A stretch of 64,000 nucleotides of DNA, taken from Sphagnum compactum. Its lineage: Eukaryota. The DNA is taken from positions 7,626,001 to 7,690,000 of the forward strand of contig OZ234494.1 in the NCBI GenBank assembly GCA_965153455.1, written 5' to 3'. How positions within the stretch are numbered: the stretch's first letter is position 1; each line of letters starts with the position of its first letter. The position numbers were made by a program, and so were the translations under genes. The notes beneath the pieces are model-generated. The model searched no databases, had not been told where the DNA came from, and saw only the letters and a list, made by a program, of their open reading frames with translations. This document shows, in pieces, positions 63,603 to 64,000 of the stretch.

Positions 63603-64000
63603 TTGAATGGTAAGTCTTCAACTGTTACCACGTTCTCAACTGATTTTTCCTTCCAAAACCTCGTTTTTTGGAATTTATTTGAATTTTTAGTGGCATAAAT
63701 CACTTAAAAATCAATATTTCCCACATTTTGAATCCAAATCTTACCAAATAAATTTCATTAAATCTTCCCATCAAGATCTTTCCAAAAACATCAAATTCAC
63801 ATTCCAATTCTACCGAAATTTTCAACTATGATTTAATTTAATTTTCAATGAAAAAATCATTCAATATTCAAAAACTTTTGCATTGCAAGTCTAAACATCA
63901 TAGAACCAAGCCCATGCACCCCTTCTCGTTGAGAACTTTCCAAAGACACTAAGAACACGATCTAAAACATCCCAATTTAGTGAATCTCATAACTACAAAA
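63603..64000 (-). repeat. ~430-bp dispersed repeat, copy 2, inverted and cut by the window end
   Basis: Inverted homolog of 54257-54685. Confidence 0.85.

Overview
Eukaryotic nuclear DNA from a land plant. It is probably a moss (Sphagnum-like); this is inferred from gene style, the TTTAGGG motifs and the AT-rich, TE-derived background, not proven. There are two intact-looking multi-exon genes. One is a 21-exon DNA polymerase zeta catalytic subunit (REV3, + strand, 17126-29996, ~2741 aa by hand splicing). The other is a 6-exon OPT-family oligopeptide transporter (- strand, 47281-53387, ~777 aa). Most of the rest is decayed mobile DNA: a CRE-clade, restriction-like-endonuclease non-LTR retrotransposon just upstream of REV3, a chromovirus 3' end with its LTR, a non-chromoviral Ty3/gypsy element with an extra coiled-coil ORF, a Ty1/copia relic, CACTA and MITE-type non-autonomous elements, and tandem repeats. 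The most notable observations are: (1) a cryptic 7-exon gene of unknown family at 424-2322 (-) with intact GT-AG sites, coherent phases and no frameshift, but 17 in-frame stops that are nearly all TGA/TAG; (2) a U12-type (minor spliceosome) intron in REV3; (3) telomeric TTTAGGG motifs in many REV3 introns and around the CRE element; (4) G-rich splice acceptors plus a G-quadruplex motif before the REV3 Fe-S exon. All splicing and translation was done by eye and no database searches were run.
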